A stretch of 64,000 nucleotides of DNA from NCBI GenBank assembly GCA_002269645.1, contig NIVC01001670.1:1-64000 (forward strand), given 5' to 3'. A program made the position numbers and the translations under genes. The DNA is from Macrostomum lignano (Eukaryota). Of this stretch, positions 54,372 to 64,000 are shown one piece after another; positions within the stretch are counted from its first letter, which is position 1; each line of letters starts with the position of its first letter. A model generated the notes under the pieces. It was not told the origin of the DNA. It made no database searches and was given only the letters and a program-made list of their open reading frames with translations.

Positions 54372-55110
54372 ATGTACATAGGGGGTAGAGATTTGACTTT
54401 CTCGGGAGCTTGTGTACATAGGGGGTAGGGACGTGGTTTTCTCGGGAGCGTGTGTACATAGGGGGTAGAGATTTGACTTTCTCGGGAGCTTGTGTACATA
54501 GGGGGTAGGGACGTGGTTTTCTCGGGAGCGTGTGTACATAGGGGGTAGAGATTTGACTTTCTCGGGAGCTTGTGTACACAGGGGGTAGAGAGTTGATTTT
54601 CTCGGGAGCTTGTGCACACAGGGGGTATGGATTTGGTTTTCTCGGGAGCTTGTGCACACAGGGGGTATGGATTTGGTTTTCTCGGGAGCTTGTGCACACA
54701 GGGGGTAGAGAGTTGATTTTCTCGGGAGCTTGTGCACATAGGGGGTAGAGAGTTGATTTTCTCGGGAGCTTGTGCACATAGGGGGTAGAGAGTTGATTTT
54801 CTCGGGAGCGTGTACACAGGGGGTATAGAGTTGATTTTCTCGGGAGCGTGTACACAGGGGGTATAGAGTTGATTTTCTCGGGAGCGTGTACACAGGGGGT
54901 ATAGAGTTGATTTTCTCGGGAGCGTGTACACAGGGGGTATAGAGTTGATTTTCTCGGGAGCTTGTGTACACAGGGGGTAGAGAGTTTACTTTCCCGGGAG
55001 CTTGTGTACAAAGGGGGTATGGACTTGGTTTTCTCGGAAGCTTGTGTACACAGGGGATAGAGAGCTGATTTTCTTGGGAGCTTGTGCACATAGGGGGTAG
55101 AGAGCTTGTG
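54372..55110. repeat. 40-bp minisatellite (TGTGTACATAGGGGGTAGAGATTTGACTTTCTCGGGAGCT) with variant blocks
   Basis: Direct periodicity; A/B alternation at the left end. Confidence 0.92.
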
Positions 55111-56233
55111 TACATAGGGGGAGGGAGTAGAAAGCTGACTTTCTCGACAGTTAGGGATGTAAAAGGATATCAGATCGCACAAACGAATATCCCAAAAAAA
55201 CGGCTGATAGGACAAAAATATAATTTTTGGAACAAGATGAACAAGAACAGCAGGGGAACAGGGTTGAGTATGCAAATTATTAATAAAGGAAAACAGTAGC
55301 AAAGCAGCATAATGAGGCGCGGTAAATTACACATAATGATAGACAAAAAGCAGAATTCGCGCCAATAAACAGCTGTCAAGCGACAGAAAAAAACGCAAAG
55401 CCAGGATTAAATAAGCGGCAACTATTTACTAATAGTAGCATAGAATAGAAATCGAACTAAGATCTGCGCAGCTCTCATTCTAAGCACAAATAATGAGTTT
55501 AATATTGACAACCCAGCCAATACAGAATAAACGAAGCGAACACAGACGGGGAGCAGTACAATTGGACACGAGAAAATTGGGCAGATATTCGAGCATGCAC
55601 AGATATACAGAATCTCGTCAGAAACAATTTAGTTGATATATTATTAAGAGGGGAAGTATATGGAATTGTTAAAGCTGTTTTAATTAATTCACAGGATGCC
55701 AGTGACAATGCAAAACTGCAATGCCCCCCAGGTCTCAGCTGTGGCGATGAGGCTGTAGTAATAGATAATGAAATACAGTAAGGATAATAACATAATAGCA
55801 GGATTAATCTGAGTGTAAAGTACACCACTTTGGATCAGTCAGGCAAATACTTAGTGAGAAAAATTAATAGTGCGATTAAGTAAATAATATTCATTGTCTA
55901 TATATGTATGTATATTTATGTATAATATATGCACAAAAACAACACTGAACAAAGACCTGGCTTAACAAAGACATAAGCCCAGTTATAAGCATTGGTGTCA
56001 CAGTACATTGTACACTTAAAGGAATTTAATTCAGGGCTTAAAAAAGTACACAGACAGTCAATTATTATATTGAGGAAAGGAACAGATACCGTTTGAAGAA
56101 CAATACAAGCACAGAGAGGCAGGCGAAGACCCCAAGCCGTGTCTCTGGCTAATGAAATTCATTCTACGTATGCAGCAGACCGAGGAGCCCCGCTCTCGCA
56201 GATGGCGGCAGTGGGCGGCTCAAATTCGCAGCT

Positions 56234-64000
<7,767 letters not shown>

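Overview
This is eukaryotic (metazoan) genomic DNA with GC-rich spliced exons separated by introns largely filled with micro- and minisatellites. That architecture and the short introns fit a free-living flatworm such as Macrostomum, but the taxon is an inference. Genes reconstructed by hand from GT-AG junctions with consistent phases: (1) a Cys-less pentameric ligand-gated ion channel (+, about 14.2-32.1 kb) with two tandem 156-nt copies of the exon encoding the M1 end, M2 pore helix and M2-M3 loop; (2) a GT31 beta-1,3-glycosyltransferase (+); (3) a cluster at 37.7-45.5 kb of three paralogous two-exon secreted-peptide genes, a C-type lectin/PAN-like gene with a nonsense codon, and an antimicrobial-peptide-like precursor; (4) a coilin-like gene (-); (5) a JmjC/cupin + EF-hand + RDEL gene (-) whose stop lies about 70 bp from an unpaired splice acceptor of the coilin-like gene, suggesting an operon; (6) the 3' half of CaMKII (-), with a candidate 9-nt microexon and an 87-nt cassette exon in the linker. 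Also present are a tRNA-derived SINE, a LINE endonuclease relic and more than 35 tandem arrays. Most long ORFs in the supplied track are translations of these arrays. No CRISPR array, rRNA or bona fide tRNA was found. Repeat boundaries are approximate.
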